From Selaginella moellendorffii (lineage: Eukaryota; Plantae; Lycopodiophyta), in assembly GCF_000143415.4 (NCBI RefSeq), contig NW_003314334.1, positions 389,614-453,613 on the forward strand: a DNA stretch of 64,000 bases. Direction: 5' to 3'. Shown piece after piece: positions 11,301 through 24,730 of the stretch. Each line of letters starts with the position of its first letter. Positions within the stretch are counted from its first letter, which is position 1. The notes below the pieces were generated by a model. The model saw only the letters and a program-made list of their open reading frames with translations. It did no database searches and was not told where the DNA came from. The position numbers were made by a program, and so were the translations under genes.

Positions 11301-14300
11301 AAAGAAACAGTACAATGGAATCACTTAGACGCACGATATTCAGCAGACCTTGAAGCATAAAGGAGGCACGTTCCAATAGCGCACTAACAACAGTGACAGC
11401 CCCTTCTGCATATAAAGCAGCTGCGAGACTCTGGAAGAAAACAAGCGCAGTGAGAACGCCGGTGACAAATAAAGAAAACAGTGTCTGTCGCTCACGTGAA
11501 GAGATTTCGAAGAGATCAAAGGTACTTACGGATCCGCAGACGGATGCTAAGATTTGCATGCAAGCTGTCAGCTGAATAATTGTAGAGTCATTAAACCCGG
11601 AAGATCCATCCATTTTGCCCAACAGACTGCTGGCATCGTGCTCATCGACCATTACAGTGTTCACGTCAAACCCATCCAGATTCGAATTCTCTCCAGCAAG
11701 AAATGCGGCGAACTTTAATAGACCAACAGCCCCTTTGTCTTGATAGATTAGAGCTGCATCAGCGACTAGATGTAACCGGATAGTGAACAGGCCGGTTTCA
11801 GATAGCTCGTCCTCCACAACCTTCAGTTTGGAGATCACTTCTTTCAGCTTTGCAGCATGTTTTACCCAGGCAGTCCATACGGCAAGAGTTGAATCGCTGA
11901 GGAGGACGTAGAGGGTTTCTGCTGCATAAGATGCTGCAAGGAGCTTTTCTGCCACAACTTACAACGAGTTAATAGACGAGAACTCAGTTACGAATACCAG
12001 ACGTAGCTGTGGTACTATCCAAAACTTCAAGCATAGTCGAAAGAGCCTGTAAAACTCAGTCAGCGTGCTAAAAACTCTTTGCAAAGCAAACCTTTGTATC
12101 TTGAAAATTAGTCGTGATCGCCCGCCGTCCTATTTGTGTCCTGTGTTCGTGGACATTAGCGTCATACACAGTCACCACACGGGCTCACCTGGATAGGAGT
12201 GACAACTTCCACAAACACCATAAATACTCGTTAGATCCATTGACATATGACTGCAAACGCTGGAAAATGTCAACCTGCCATGAAAACCGCGTAGTTGGCA
12301 TAAGATCTTTTGAGACAAATCCAAAACTCTTCAATGCTTTAAATCCAAGCCTTACCGTAGATAAACTCGTCTCAAGGAGCTTCTCGAAATTCCATGGCTT
12401 CAATCCTAATGTGGATTGTATCGAACAAAAAATATTCGACTCTTCTGGCGTCTGATCACGACATCGCTTCTGGAGAACAGCTGTCATAGCCCTTGCAGCC
12501 TCCGGGTCAGAAGAAAGAAGAAACGTTCCTAAATTTCAGAGGTTAGCTATCGATCATTACAGCTGCGGAAAGTCATACCGGACCGAGAACTGAGAAGAGA
12601 TAAAAGAAGAGTTTGCACGGTGTCCAAGGTTCCTGTCAATATTTTCATACAAGTCTTGCTTCTATCATGGTTCAAAGTAATGAAGGCTGCTATTGACGAT
12701 ATAAAGCGCCTTTCCTGGACTCAACATAAGAGGAAATATATGAAATCAAGATAAGACATGCCTGTAAGATAACCAGAATGTAATCATCCACGTTTTCATT
12801 CGGATTGTCTAAAGAAAAACCATCATCTTCAAACTCCATGGGAAGAAACCGAGATGCATGCTTTGGGAATGTCACGTCAGTTTTTAAATAGAGTACGTTC
12901 TGCAAGCGCAAACCGTTAGCCTCCGGACTTTGAGGAATTAAACTTACAGTAAGTTTCTTTAACAGTCTCGCAGCCGCGATAAAAAGATCATCCTGTTTTC
13001 CCAGGTCAGAGGAATTATCCGTCAGCAGATAATCGATTGTTGCCTGAAACACGTATGATGAGTGAGCCCTGAAAAGACATCAGAAGATGATAACATGCCT
13101 GAAAAGTCGCAGCCAACTCGTATACGCGAAGGCGGTGAAGAACTTGCACGGACAGGTGAACAACAGAAGAACTGAGTGCTTGGACAAGAGTCAATAATAT
13201 GGTTGCATAACATATCTTCTGCCCCTGGCGTTTTCCCCATCCAAGAACAGCGTCGCAGCCAAATGCATGACGAGACGAAATCTCCAAAGCTTGCAATGCC
13301 AAACTTGTAGCAACCGGAGAAACCGTGGAGGCCATTTGCAAGGCCTTGATCAACACGTCAATCCCACCCGCGAGAACAAAGTTAAAACACTCGTGAGTAC
13401 TGATACATAGCAGCTGCACAGCGGCGAGGCCCGTAAGAAAATTATTCACCTGCACGAGTGAAGCTTTCAGACCTGCACCGAAAATAGCAAACAAAAACAA
13501 TACCTCACTTTCTTTTCCCGAATACAATCCATCTCGAATCCACGTCAAAACCGTATCGAGCACTTCAGTCACCGATGTTTCATTCTCTGCTTTGTTCGAT
13601 TCTTCAGCAACTTGAGCCATGGATGACAAAATCGCGTCGTAGTTGTCAAGTCTCCTGCCCATTTTTCGATAGGATAGAGCGGCCGTGACTAAAGCAGCAC
13701 GAGATTTTGGCGATGCAGGAGCAAGCCGTACAAGTCTCCGGACAAGGTTGGAAATCTCTGTTGTTTGCAACGAATGCTCGAGTCGCGGGATATCCCGCTT
13801 TGGAGATTCTGGCACTGGAGATGGATGCTCGGACTTAAAAGGAAGGTCGATAAATGGCGTGGGGTTCAAATCTCGTACAGGTGTTCCATAGATCACGAGC
13901 GTTACTGTGGAATAAATACCACGTATAACCAGATGATCCGTAACAATGACCTGCAAGAACAAATCAAAAGGAGTGTAAGTTTGTTTCTCTATTTTTTTTA
14001 CAGACCTGGAGATCAAGTGATGACACTGAGGAAGCGTAGACGAATGCAGCACAAACTGGCCAGAAACGCGATTCTCCTTTTATTCGAGCAAATATCTCCA
14101 AAGCAAACGACGCTGGATAAGTCTCCCTGCAATACTCATTCCAAAATGAGAACGAAATCCCTTGCAGATCACATCATACCCTAGAACTGGGACGTTTGAA
14201 CAGGCTGAGGGCCGCTGGAACTCCAAAACCTCGCACCCGCTGACAAGAACAGCCTCCGTGAATCTGACCTGCGAGAAAACACCCAATGCGCTCGATTTGA

Positions 14301-14401
14301 GAGCACGAGACGCTGCGCATTACCTCATCTACGTGCTCGCGCAGCTGCTGGTGCTCGAATGTGTGCGCCAGGAGCACGCGCGGCGCCGGATCCTCTTCCA
14401 T
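8387..14401 (-). CDS. VIR: VIRILIZER/KIAA1429-like m6A writer subunit, multi-exon
   Basis: N-terminus LLAHTFEHQQLREHVDEVRFTEAV and IVTDHLVIRGIYSTVTLVIYG. C-terminus ASPESIQ/DLLRDQTRLTMLLEQHPKLLSLLQ/ERFNFSG*. Confidence 0.88.
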
Positions 14402-14496
14402 TTCAGCAAAACCCTAATGCGTGAAGCCCTAAAATATGTCCAACGTTTATATGCCCCCGGAATATGCCGATTTTTGAATTTAAACCACTTGCTACC

Positions 14497-15834
14497 CTAT
14501 GAAACCTTTGATCGATACAGGGTAGAAACAGCTACAAATGGATTTCCATCTTTGTCATTCACGACTCGACTTGCAGCATCCAATCCCGCTGAAACATCGC
14601 CCTGAATTCTACAAGCATTGAGCATGGCCGTCCACGCAGTTTCATCTGCTTCAAAGGGCATGCTCCGGATCAACTCTTTCGCCTCTTCCATCCTCCCCGA
14701 TCTCCCCAACGCGTCCACAATCGATGAGTAGTGCTGCTTTATAGGCACAATCCCGTGATCCGCGATCATCGACACGAAGTTCTCCCAAACATCGCTCACG
14801 AGCCCGACGTGGTTGCAAGCCGAGAGAATGGCAGCATATGTGACATGATTTGGGAAAAATCCCTCGAGTTTCATGGTTTTGGCGAGCTCCAGGCAACGCA
14901 TAGCCTCCTCTTTCTTGTTTCCACAGTGGGCATACGCTGCGATCACTGCGTTCCACGCAGCAGTGTCTAGCTCCGGCAAGGAACTAAACATCCTCCAAGT
15001 CTCCCGGAGATTTCCCGCTTGAGCGTAGGCGTTCATCATGGCCGTCCATGTCACAGTGCCGCGCATCGGCATCTTCTCAAAGCTCCACGCAGCACCAACA
15101 AGATACCGATTCTCGGCATATGCTACAAGTAAGCAGGTCCACGAAACCACGTCTCTCTCCTCCATGCTCATAAAAACCATCTTTGATTCATCCAAGTTAC
15201 CGGCAAGACCACAGCACTGGATCATCACACTGGAAGAGACTTTATCATGCAAAGGCATTTGCTCAAACACAAATTTCGCTTCAGTCAACCGCCCACTCTC
15301 AGCATTTGCAGAGATAAGCGTCGTCCACGAGACGTCATTCAAACTAGGAGCTCGATCAAACAGCCCTTTCGCTTGATCAACGCATCCCACCTGCGCGTAC
15401 GCCTTGATGACCAGATTGTAGCTCACAGCATTCGGCTCCGGCATTCTCTCAAACAAATCCCTCCCGCTCTCCAAGTTCCCAGTCTGGAGTAACACCGTGA
15501 TAATCACGTTCCACGAGAAATAGTCGTGCTCCGGCATCCCAACGAAGATCCGCCACGCTCGCCTGGCGTACCCATTCACGGTAAACCCATGCAGCAGCGC
15601 ATTCCAAGACTTGTGATTCTTCCCTTCCAGCCCCTCGAAAACCCGCAAAGATTCGTCCACTCGCCCGCACTTTCCGTACATCTCGATCACGAGGTTGCAG
15701 AGATACCTGTCCGTGCCGAGGTCGCTGGCGAGAACCCGGTCGTGGACGCGTTTCGCCGCGTGAAAGTCTTTGGTACCAATGCTGCCCCGGACCAATCTCA
15801 CCAGAGCCTTACTCTCCGGCCAGGAGTGTCTCAT
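14497..15834 (-). CDS. PLS-class PPR protein (SS-rich) with E domain, no DYW
   Basis: Intronless ORF with 31-aa repeats (FERMPExxxVSWN). Has the HYSSIVDALGRSG...MPFEADETAWTAMLNAC ending. Confidence 0.9.
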   Translation of the reverse strand: MRHSWPESKALVRLVRGSIGTKDFHAAKRVHDRVLASDLGTDRYLCNLVIEMYGKCGRVDESLRVFEGLEGKNHKSWNALLHGFTVNGYARRAWRIFVGMPEHDYFSWNVIITVLLQTGNLESGRDLFERMPEPNAVSYNLVIKAYAQVGCVDQAKGLFDRAPSLNDVSWTTLISANAESGRLTEAKFVFEQMPLHDKVSSSVMIQCCGLAGNLDESKMVFMSMEERDVVSWTCLLVAYAENRYLVGAAWSFEKMPMRGTVTWTAMMNAYAQAGNLRETWRMFSSLPELDTAAWNAVIAAYAHCGNKKEEAMRCLELAKTMKLEGFFPNHVTYAAILSACNHVGLVSDVWENFVSMIADHGIVPIKQHYSSIVDALGRSGRMEEAKELIRSMPFEADETAWTAMLNACRIQGDVSAGLDAASRVVNDKDGNPFVAVSTLYRSKVS

Positions 15835-15988
15835 GACATTCTCGCCGCGCGGATCTTGGTCGTTCTCGTCGGTGATAGAAGAAACTCTGATATACACACA
15901 CGCTCGTACCGTCAACTTGTTTCTTGGTTCTCAAGATCTGACAAGCGTAATATACTCGTGAGTTCGCGAGCTTCGATCGTACTCTCGC

Positions 15989-17385
15989 TCACGCTGCTTG
16001 TGACGAATGATCGTGCCGACTAACGAATTTTTCCACCAGCTCATTAACAAGTTCTGGAGTTTCGTCCTGCCAGGGACGTACACCGTCATCAAGAACAAAA
16101 TAAATGCCAAAGCGTACCTGTGGACAGTGGCCAGCATTTGGAAGAACTATAAACTCCTCCACTGCCTCGTAGTTCCTGTATGCTTGTCCCAGCAAAACCG
16201 GCTCCCAGGGATCTTTCTCACCCCAGAGTATCGAAACGGGACACTGAAGCAATCGTGATCGTCAGCGATTTCCAGGCACACATCAAGGAGGGCGTCTGTG
16301 ATTTGCCTGGACTCTGGGAAGCATTTCTTCCGGCAAAGGTCCGCCAGAGTAGCCAATGAAATCCAGAAACACGTCGGCCGCGCCACTCTCGAGGCCCGGT
16401 CGCAGGATAATCTCGACGAGCTCGTCAGTCACGGCAGAGTCATCGTGGTAGCACTGAATGAAAGCATCAGATCCAAAACCAGTACACAAACACACTTCGA
16501 CGCAACACCTACCTCACAGAGGATTTTCTTCACAGTCTCTGGAGTAGCGACGGACTTAAAGAACACTTTTCCAACAGCTGTTTGTCTATACAATAAAAAA
16601 AAACACGTGAGGAAGTGTCGAGAAGAAGAACTGAAAAGAATTTACCTCAAGAGATCCTGGAATGCCTTAATGAATGGCCGAGCAAGCCGCGCTTGTTTCT
16701 TTATGTGAAGTAGGCGCAAGGAAATGTTTATCAATTGGAGTCCTTTGATGCTAGGTGGGCGAGTCAATGCTGCTTCAAGGCCAACTATTCCTGGAGAAAA
16801 AAAAATTCCAAAAAGAAAAATTTCTTTCAGTGAAAACCATATAACGAATGATACTTGCCACCAACGGAATTACAGACGAGGAACACTTTGTCCTGGACGA
16901 CGTCAGAGCAGAAATCTAGAACTTGGCTTGCCCAGAGCTCGAACGTATAAAAGTTGCCGGGCTGAGCTTGTCGTGGACTCGGCTTGTCCGAGTAGCCATA
17001 GCCAAGCAAATCGATCGCATAAACCCTGTGACGCTCTGCCAGCACTGGAATGTTCTTCCTCCAGTGATCACTGCCAAGAACAATACAGCGAATTCTTTAG
17101 TATCTATCACGAGGATGAAACCTATCGATGGATTTGTTCTTACCAATTTGCGCCAAATCCGTGGATGAGAACCAGCGCCGGCCCCGCCGCTCCAGCGCGC
17201 TGGTAGCGAATGTTGTAATCGCGCCATTGCCAGAAGCTGGTCTCTACCGCCGGCGGCGATTTCATCCTCGTCTGGAGCTCGCTGGCGCCGCTGCCGGGCG
17301 GCGTGGCGGCGATAGCCAAGCGGCGCCGCGACAACTCCCAAGGGCAATTCAAACCTGAGAATGCCGCGCAGCTGCTGTGCGCCAT
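15989..17385 (-). CDS. Plastid alpha/beta hydrolase (pheophytinase-like family)
   Basis: LVLIHGFGAN, AIDLLGYGYSDKP, CNSVGG nucleophile elbow, WGEKDPWEP, GHCPQDE; transit-peptide-like N-terminus. Confidence 0.88.
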
Positions 17386-18698
17386 CGCTGGAAAGCCCTA
17401 AATCTTTCGAGCGCCATTGACCAGTCAAAGATTCCCCGCCAAAGATTCGATGGAATTTGAAGAAGAAATGTGAAACATTTAAGTATGAACACATTGAATT
17501 TCGACTCGCCCGCTTAACTAGTTGGTGCAACGGCGCACCGAGAAATTGACGTTTGATCCACACCCAGTGAAACATCACCTATACGTATCCCTACAATTGA
17601 GCGATTGGGTTAGAAAATTTGTGTTTTTATTGTGCTGGACCCCAATCAAACTTTGGAAACCACCACCGACTCTCTTGGGGTTTAGGAACAGATCAAAACC
17701 TTGTGATTGTTCGTCTCAGCAACAACTTTGATGAGGGAATCCCTTTTCATTCAATGACAAGCATCCGACCCCAAGAAATCTCTTCATCCGACATGAGATT
17801 GACACTTCGCTACTGGTTATTCCGCGATGCAATGCAACAAAGCGATTCATCCATCCGCATCTCCCCATCGAAATCGATTGACCCTAGAAACTTACAAAAA
17901 CCACGACAAGCCAACGATTTCAATGAATACGCTTGGAATCGCAATCGAGTATTTACTTCGGTAGTTTGCGGGCCAAGCAAGACAAACCGTTGACTAGGCC
18001 GACTGGTCAACGGCCAGCGTCAGCATGGTCGTCGCGCGGTGACCGCAATGGTTTCTGCCGCCATCATCTGCCACCGTCGATCTCGCGAGGCCGGACTTTC
18101 CGTTGGGGAATTCCCCGTATAACGCGTGTCTATTCCAAGAAGCTTGTGAACCAGCGAGGATCTCATTTATAAGCAAGGCATCTGGAGAGGAATCGTCTCT
18201 AGATTCATTTCGAATCCTTCGTCTCTCTCCCCTCGAGCTTGACTGCCATTGCCGTTGATGAGCTTCTCCATTTTAGGAAGAATAAAAAAATTGGCGCATT
18301 GATTGATCAAGAACAAGAACACCAACCCGGGGCCGCCCAGCTAGGAACTTCTAGTAACCAAAGGAAACCTGGGAAGGAGGAGGGCAGCGGGAGGTATAAA
18401 TCCTCGGCAGCAGGAGCTCAAGCTGGGCGATGCTCGAGAAATCCAAGCTACTTTGAGGAGATCTCGAGAGAGTGTAGGAGTTGCTGATGATCATCCTCTG
18501 TTTCTCTCGGATGATGATTCCATCTCTTTCTCTCCCTCTCGTGTGAGAATCGCACTGTATCCTCGAGCTTCTGGCCATCGAAAGATCATCCATCGTCAAG
18601 TTCAAGAAGGAAGGAAGCTCTCTTAATCGTTTCGTCCATTGCTGGAGACGAGCAAGAGATAGAAAGAGAGAGGGGGAGGGATATCTAGATTGTGCGCC

Positions 18699-20405
18699 AT
18701 GGAGTCAGTCGAGGCCGTGGGATCGGCACCGTCGCATCCATCACCGTTCTTCCCGCACGGAATTCGCATCACCTGGTTGGACGTGGCGGCGATGATCGCC
18801 GCTTACCTCGTCTGCCACTTCCTCCGCTACCACAACGCGAAAGGCCCGCTGGTGTGGCCAATTGTGGGGATGATCCCGCAGCTCTCGCGCAACTTCAAGC
18901 AGGGATACGACTGGGTCACGGGCATCCTCGTCCAAACCGGTGGCACTTTCACCTTCATCGTCCCCTGGATCCCCAGCCTCAACGTGGTGGTGACGAGCGA
19001 TCCCCAAAACGTGGAGTACATCCTCAAGACCAACTTCGCCAACTTCCCCAAGGGCAAGATCCTCCGCGCCGGCTTCCACGATCTCCTCGGCAGCGGGATC
19101 TTCAACAGCGACCACAACACCTGGCTGCTCCAGCGCAAGCTCGCCAGCCTCGAGTTCTACACCAAGTCGTTCCGCGACCTCACCGCCAGATCCGTGCAGC
19201 GCCTCGTCCACCGCCGCCTCCTCCCAATTCTCCGCCACGCCGCCGCCACCTCCGCCACCATCGACCTCCAGGACGTGATGCTGCGCTTCACCTTTGACAA
19301 CATCTGCATCCTCGCGTTTGGCGCCGACCCGGGGTGCCTGTGCGCGGGGCTGCCGCGGGTGCCGTTCGCGCGCGCCTTCGACGTCGCCACCACGCTCACG
19401 CTGCTGCGCTTCACGGTTCCGGAATTCAGCTGGAAGCTGGACAGGCTGCTGGGTATCCGTCGCGAGCGCAAGCTGCACGAGTGCCTCAAGACGATCGAGG
19501 CGTTCGCGGCGGACGTGATCGCCAAGCGCAAGGCGGAGATGGCCGACGATCGGCCCTCGCGGCGCAGCGATCTGCTGTCGTGCTTCCTGAGTTCCACGGA
19601 CCCGGCCACCGGCAAGCCCAGCTACTCGGACAAATTCCTCCGCGACGTCGCCATCAACTTCATCCTCGCCGGCCGCGACACCTCCTCCGTCGCGCTCAGC
19701 TGGTTCTTCTGGCTCCTCCAGTCCAACCCGCGCGTGGAGGCCGCCATCCTGGACGAACTGCGCACCGTCGTACGGAGCTCGGGCAGGCGATGCGTACGGG
19801 ACCCCGATGTACGGAACTCGGACTGTCTCGTACGGAAGACCCCCGGAGAGGACGAGCGGGAAGAGGAAGAGGCGGAGGATGGCGGCGAGGATGGCGATGG
19901 AATCCACCAGTTCAGCGTGGAGGAGCTGCGATCGATGCAGTACCTTCACGCGGCGCTATCGGAATCGCTGCGGCTGTACCCGTCGGTGCCGATCGACAAC
20001 AAGGAGGTGGTGGAGGACGACACTCTCCCCGACGGCACGCGCGTCAAGAAGGGGAGGCGAGTGCTCTACTCGATCTATTCCATGGGCCGGATGGAGAGCA
20101 TCTGGGGGCCCGACTGCCTCGACTTCCGGCCGGAGCGCTGGATCAAGAACGGCTTCTTCGTGCCCGAGTCGCCCTTCAAGTACACGGCCTTCAATGCCGG
20201 TCCGCGCCTGTGCCTGGGCAAAGACGTGGCCTATCTGCAGATGAAAGCCATCGCAGCTTCCATCCTCAGCCGATTCAGCGTCCGCGTCGTGGACGGCCAT
20301 GTCGCCAAGCAGAAGCTGTCGCTCACGCTCTTCATGCGGAATGGCCTCCCCGTGACGCTCCACCATAGACCTCTCTTTGATGATGGTGATTGTCACTCTC
20401 CTTAG
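18699..20405 (+). CDS. CYP86: Cytochrome P450, CYP86 clan (fatty-acid omega-hydroxylase-like), intronless
   Basis: NVEYILKTNFANFPKG, FILAGRDTSS, ESLRLYPSVP, FRPERW, AFNAGPRLCLG. Confidence 0.9.
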   Translation: MESVEAVGSAPSHPSPFFPHGIRITWLDVAAMIAAYLVCHFLRYHNAKGPLVWPIVGMIPQLSRNFKQGYDWVTGILVQTGGTFTFIVPWIPSLNVVVTSDPQNVEYILKTNFANFPKGKILRAGFHDLLGSGIFNSDHNTWLLQRKLASLEFYTKSFRDLTARSVQRLVHRRLLPILRHAAATSATIDLQDVMLRFTFDNICILAFGADPGCLCAGLPRVPFARAFDVATTLTLLRFTVPEFSWKLDRLLGIRRERKLHECLKTIEAFAADVIAKRKAEMADDRPSRRSDLLSCFLSSTDPATGKPSYSDKFLRDVAINFILAGRDTSSVALSWFFWLLQSNPRVEAAILDELRTVVRSSGRRCVRDPDVRNSDCLVRKTPGEDEREEEEAEDGGEDGDGIHQFSVEELRSMQYLHAALSESLRLYPSVPIDNKEVVEDDTLPDGTRVKKGRRVLYSIYSMGRMESIWGPDCLDFRPERWIKNGFFVPESPFKYTAFNAGPRLCLGKDVAYLQMKAIAASILSRFSVRVVDGHVAKQKLSLTLFMRNGLPVTLHHRPLFDDGDCHSP

Positions 20406-20662
20406 CGGATCTTCTCTTCTAAGTTCTAGATGCTCTCGTCCCTCTCGTGAGTCATCTTATCTTCTGAGTTCTAACACACCACACACAAGCTTTCATCCGA
20501 GAAATCCTCCGAGGGATCCTCCGAGAGATCATACAATATAAGTAGAGCTGGTTCTCCATCCCATCCATCCATCGCCCATAAATCCACCATAAGTCCAGAG
20601 ACCGTATACGTCAGAACCCAAGCTTGATTTTCCACCCAAGCACATCTATGTCTCCGGTCAGA

Positions 20663-20687
20663 TCTCTCTCTCTCTCTCTCTCTCTCT
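20663..20687. repeat. (TC)n microsatellite
   Basis: Direct observation. A similar (TC)n run lies at about 4184-4210. Confidence 0.9.
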
Positions 20688-23199
20688 AGGTAGACTATCT
20701 TAGCTTTTGGTTTTGTTTGTTCTTGTGGGGTAAGATCTTTCTTTCTCTCTCGTGCTCTTTCTCTTTCACATCCAAGAGCAATAAAAACGAACTCCAAAGT
20801 TTCCTTCACCTGTACCACACAAAGCGTGGGTACGGCCCGGCAAAAACTCACGTACGGTACGATTGTCACGATTGCATTGCATGCAGCTAAGCATGCTGTT
20901 AACAGCAAGTAAGCTGATTTGCGAAGATTTATGGAGATTTGAATCGAAAGCGTGCCACACATCCCTTTTCTCTTTTTTACTTTCCCAGTGACGGAGCAAT
21001 GAAGTCGTTGCTTCCATCACAGACAGAGCAATCTTCGCCTCGCGAGCAACATTCCAGCTGTGAAAATACGCGACAACCTGTATAGTTTCAACTTAAAGGC
21101 CGGAATAGACAGCCACACAGTCTCAGTGATCAAGTATCATTTGAAAGTCGGGCGTTTTACTCTAGGTTTTTTTATTTCCTATAATACTGCCAATCTAATT
21201 TACATATTATCTGGTCAACATTTTCAAACCAAAGTATATTTTCTTTAGTTGTACTATTATTGCACAATCTCTGTGGATGGTTACATACATAGATAAATTT
21301 CCTACATTTTTTTCTGGCGGCAACCAAATTTTTCATGGTGGCATTCACTATCTATCAAATATTTACTTGTAGATGTTATGGATGCCAAATTGAAGGATCT
21401 GCTGAGGGAGGTTAGGTGGACATTATCTTTGACTATAACATCAATTGGCTAATCCATTTGCGAGCATGAATTATAAGAAACACTAAGTTTCTATTATACT
21501 AGTAATATGCAGTGACTTGACAGTTTCCCAACTAATAAATATTAGTTAAAATCCTAAACATCCTAAATTGTTAACTGTGCAATTGAATGAAAGGGAGTGG
21601 GTCTTGGCCTAATTCAGCATGCATCATTCTGTGTGAGATTTGAGCTATATAAAATCTGTATGTTCCAACCATAGTAAAATGTTGAATTAATTTTTGGTAA
21701 AATTCAAGTATATAGATATATTTAGAATATTCTTAGATACTCTAATATTCTACCATCTAATGGTTGTTATTGATTTAGATTAATCTTGTATTTATAATTT
21801 ATAACCTAAACACTTCCTAGTATATTCTAGTTTATTCTACCAATCTTATAAATGATATTTAATATAAACAGTGTTTAAATTTTAATTCATGCTTTTTATT
21901 TTCTCACCTCTTAGTGGCAAGAAGCAAAGCTCAATCTGAATGGGACTCTCTGAGCTATCAGGATAAGAAAGGATAGACCTCCCAACACAATTACCAAATC
22001 TCCAAATTCAAAGAGAAAAAGCATACTAAGTGAGTGAGTAAATTCTCAAATTCTCAACCCATGAGAATTTAAGCACCAACCAGGCTTGCTGGTAATAACA
22101 CAAATAGATTTATGGTTTGCAAAGTAGTTCAAACTTTCCTCTGTAAGTCACAGAACTTCCATATTTCATGTTTTGAGCACATTATATAAGGCTCACATTC
22201 AATTTGCCTTTGCACAGCTGTTCTGGGAAAGAATAAAGCCAAAAGAAATCCATACCCACACACTTTCTATATAGCTACACTATGTCACTAGAAAACATGT
22301 TAAAAATCTCAAGTCAAAGAAGAAAAATCCTAAAACTTCTCAACATAAGGTGTGTCGAAGACACATCCATACTAATCACCAGGTATAAACCCATATAAAA
22401 GAGCTCAACAAGGAAGGCGATTGAGATGGAGTGGGAAGTGAAGCAAAAAAAAACTTGCGCTGTTAAGGATGCAACTTGTCAGTCCCTATTGATCATTTGT
22501 TTTCCAGGAGTTCTTTTGTTTGAAACAATGCCGCAGAATTAATGACCGACCAGACTTGCATGAGAACACAAAAATCAATTAGCTCTTTGAAGGATCAAAA
22601 CATTTCGAGTTCTCGTCCAGTTGTAACAAATTTTCTTGTCTAGAACCTCACCAAGAGAGAACAAAAACATTATGAGAAAGCCAGTGGTTGTGCTTGTATC
22701 ACCGGTTTCTCGGACTCGTCCCAGAGCTTGCTCTTCCATGGAGGCAACGATGCATTCTCAGCTTCACCAAGATGTGGGGAGTAAAAAATGACCTGGGGGT
22801 GCTCCGAGATGCCCCGACTCAATGCCATCCCTCGCGGATTTGTAGTCAACCAGCGCTTGTTAGATTAGAACCGATGCAATGCAATGGAAGTGGCACACCA
22901 CCTTTATGGAGTTTACAAACTTTTGTTTACCATTCCTACAGCGTGTAAAAGCAGTGACGATAGAAGGCAATTTACCGTTTCAGGAGTCAGGAGGCAGCAC
23001 AGAACGATAATATCACAACTCGTAAATTCGATCATAGGTAGCCAAGCATTGGGAAACAAAAGTAGAAAGAAGAGTCTCAATGTCTGAAACAACGGCACTA
23101 TTTTCTAAATTTTAAAACCTTATTAAGAATATTCTTGTGCATAAGCAAACGTTCCGAGATTCCTTTAGGGAAGTAGAATCCCCTGTTTTAGGTTTTGTG

Positions 23200-24516
23200 A
23201 TGGTCATGGCGTGCTCGTCGTCGAGCTGCAGCTCCCTGGCGCAGCCGCTGGCGGAATTCTCGAGGAAATCTCCGTCGGCAAGGATCTCGCAGAGGTCCGT
23301 GGTCCAGATGCCGATTGGAATGCGGCGGAGTGGTGTCTCTATCTCTCTGGCGCGGGGTTTGAATCCGGGGTGTGCCCTGGCCATGGCTGTGGCACAGGAG
23401 GAGCTCAGGGATTCCGCTGATTCGAGCAAGGCCGGCGCGGTGCTGCTGGAGGTGAGGGATCTCAAGGCGCGGGTGGCGGATTCCGAGACGGAGATCCTGC
23501 GAGGCGTGGATTTGACAATTCGCGAAGGTGAGGTGCGTTTTTCGGCGTTCTAGTTTCCATTGCGAGGTAGCGAAGAGTTTGCAATGTAGTGGAGCTGATT
23601 GCGTGAACTCTCTCACAGGTCCATGCGATCATGGGAAAGAATGGGTCGGGAAAGAGCACATTTGCGAAGGTAAGGTCTCTTATTCTTTTTGTACCTCGTT
23701 TGTTTGATGCGTGTTTTCCAGGTTCTCGTTGGTCACCCCGACTACGAGGTCACTGCTGGCAGCGCGGGTTTTAAAAACGAGAATTTGTTTGACAAGGAAC
23801 CGGAGGAGAGAAGTCATGCCGGGTTGTTTATGAGCTTCCAGTCGCCGATCGAAGTGCCTGGCGTTAGCAACGACGAGTTCTTGAGGATGGCGTGCAATGC
23901 CAGGCGAGCGGCTTTGAATAAGCCGGAGCTTCCTCCGCTCGAGGTTTGTGTGATTTTTGTAGATGGTGAACTTTAGGTGAGATTGTCTGCTATTGCAGTT
24001 CTTCGCGCACCTTATGCCGAAGCTCAAAGCGCTGAACATGAGCCCGACGTTCTTGAACAGGAACGTGAACGAGGGATTCAGTGGTGGCGAGAAGAAGAGG
24101 AACGAGATATTGCAACTCGCGGTACTGCGACTTGTGTTTTTTTTTCTCTCTCTCTCTCTTTTTTTTTTGAAGACCGTTTGTTCGTACCTTTCGTTTGCCA
24201 GGTTTTAGAAGCAGATTTGGCACTGCTCGATGAGATCGACTCGGGACTGGATGTGGATGCATTACGAGATGTGGCAAACGCCATCAACGGCCTCAGAACA
24301 AGCAAGAATGCAGTGCTGATGATCACTCACCACGAAAGACTACTCGACTACATCCACCCAGACTATGTCCATATCATGGTACAAACGCCCCATAAAAAAT
24401 TTCAATTCTTGATGCTTCGTGTTTGTGTACTCGAACAGGACAACGGGAGGATTGTAAGAACAGGAGATTCATCTTTAGCACAAATTGTGCACAAGGAAGG
24501 CTATACCGCACTCTGA
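23200..24516 (+). CDS. SUFC: Plastid SufC / ABCI6 (NAP7) ATPase
   Basis: [67 protein letters not shown]. Confidence 0.93.
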
Positions 24517-24730
24517 TGAGAAAGTTTTTGCTACCATATTTTCGATCATAACTTATGTTTTGCCTTTAAGCAGTTCTGTCACGAGAGCTGAAAGGAAACA
24601 CTCGAAAGTTTTGTGGACGCCACCGTCAGGAGCTATGGAGGTGGTCAGCCAAATGCTTTTCACCAGAGTCTAGAAAGTACGTCGAAACACCTGCAGCTGA
24701 GTCGACAGAATCTCTTGCCTCGCGGCTGTT

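Noticed and set aside
17600-18200. Short ORFs between the hydrolase and the P450
   Set aside because: No recognisable motifs; probably promoter/UTR or debris.
18692-20396. Long overlapping and antisense ORFs over the P450 (e.g. 402 aa on -, 344 aa on +)
   Set aside because: Expected shadow ORFs of a very GC3-rich CDS; no motifs.
21240-23100. Long AT-rich intergenic stretch with short coding-like snippets (about 21370-21440 and 22680-22900)
   Set aside because: No termini, repeats or protein family could be assigned from the sequence alone.
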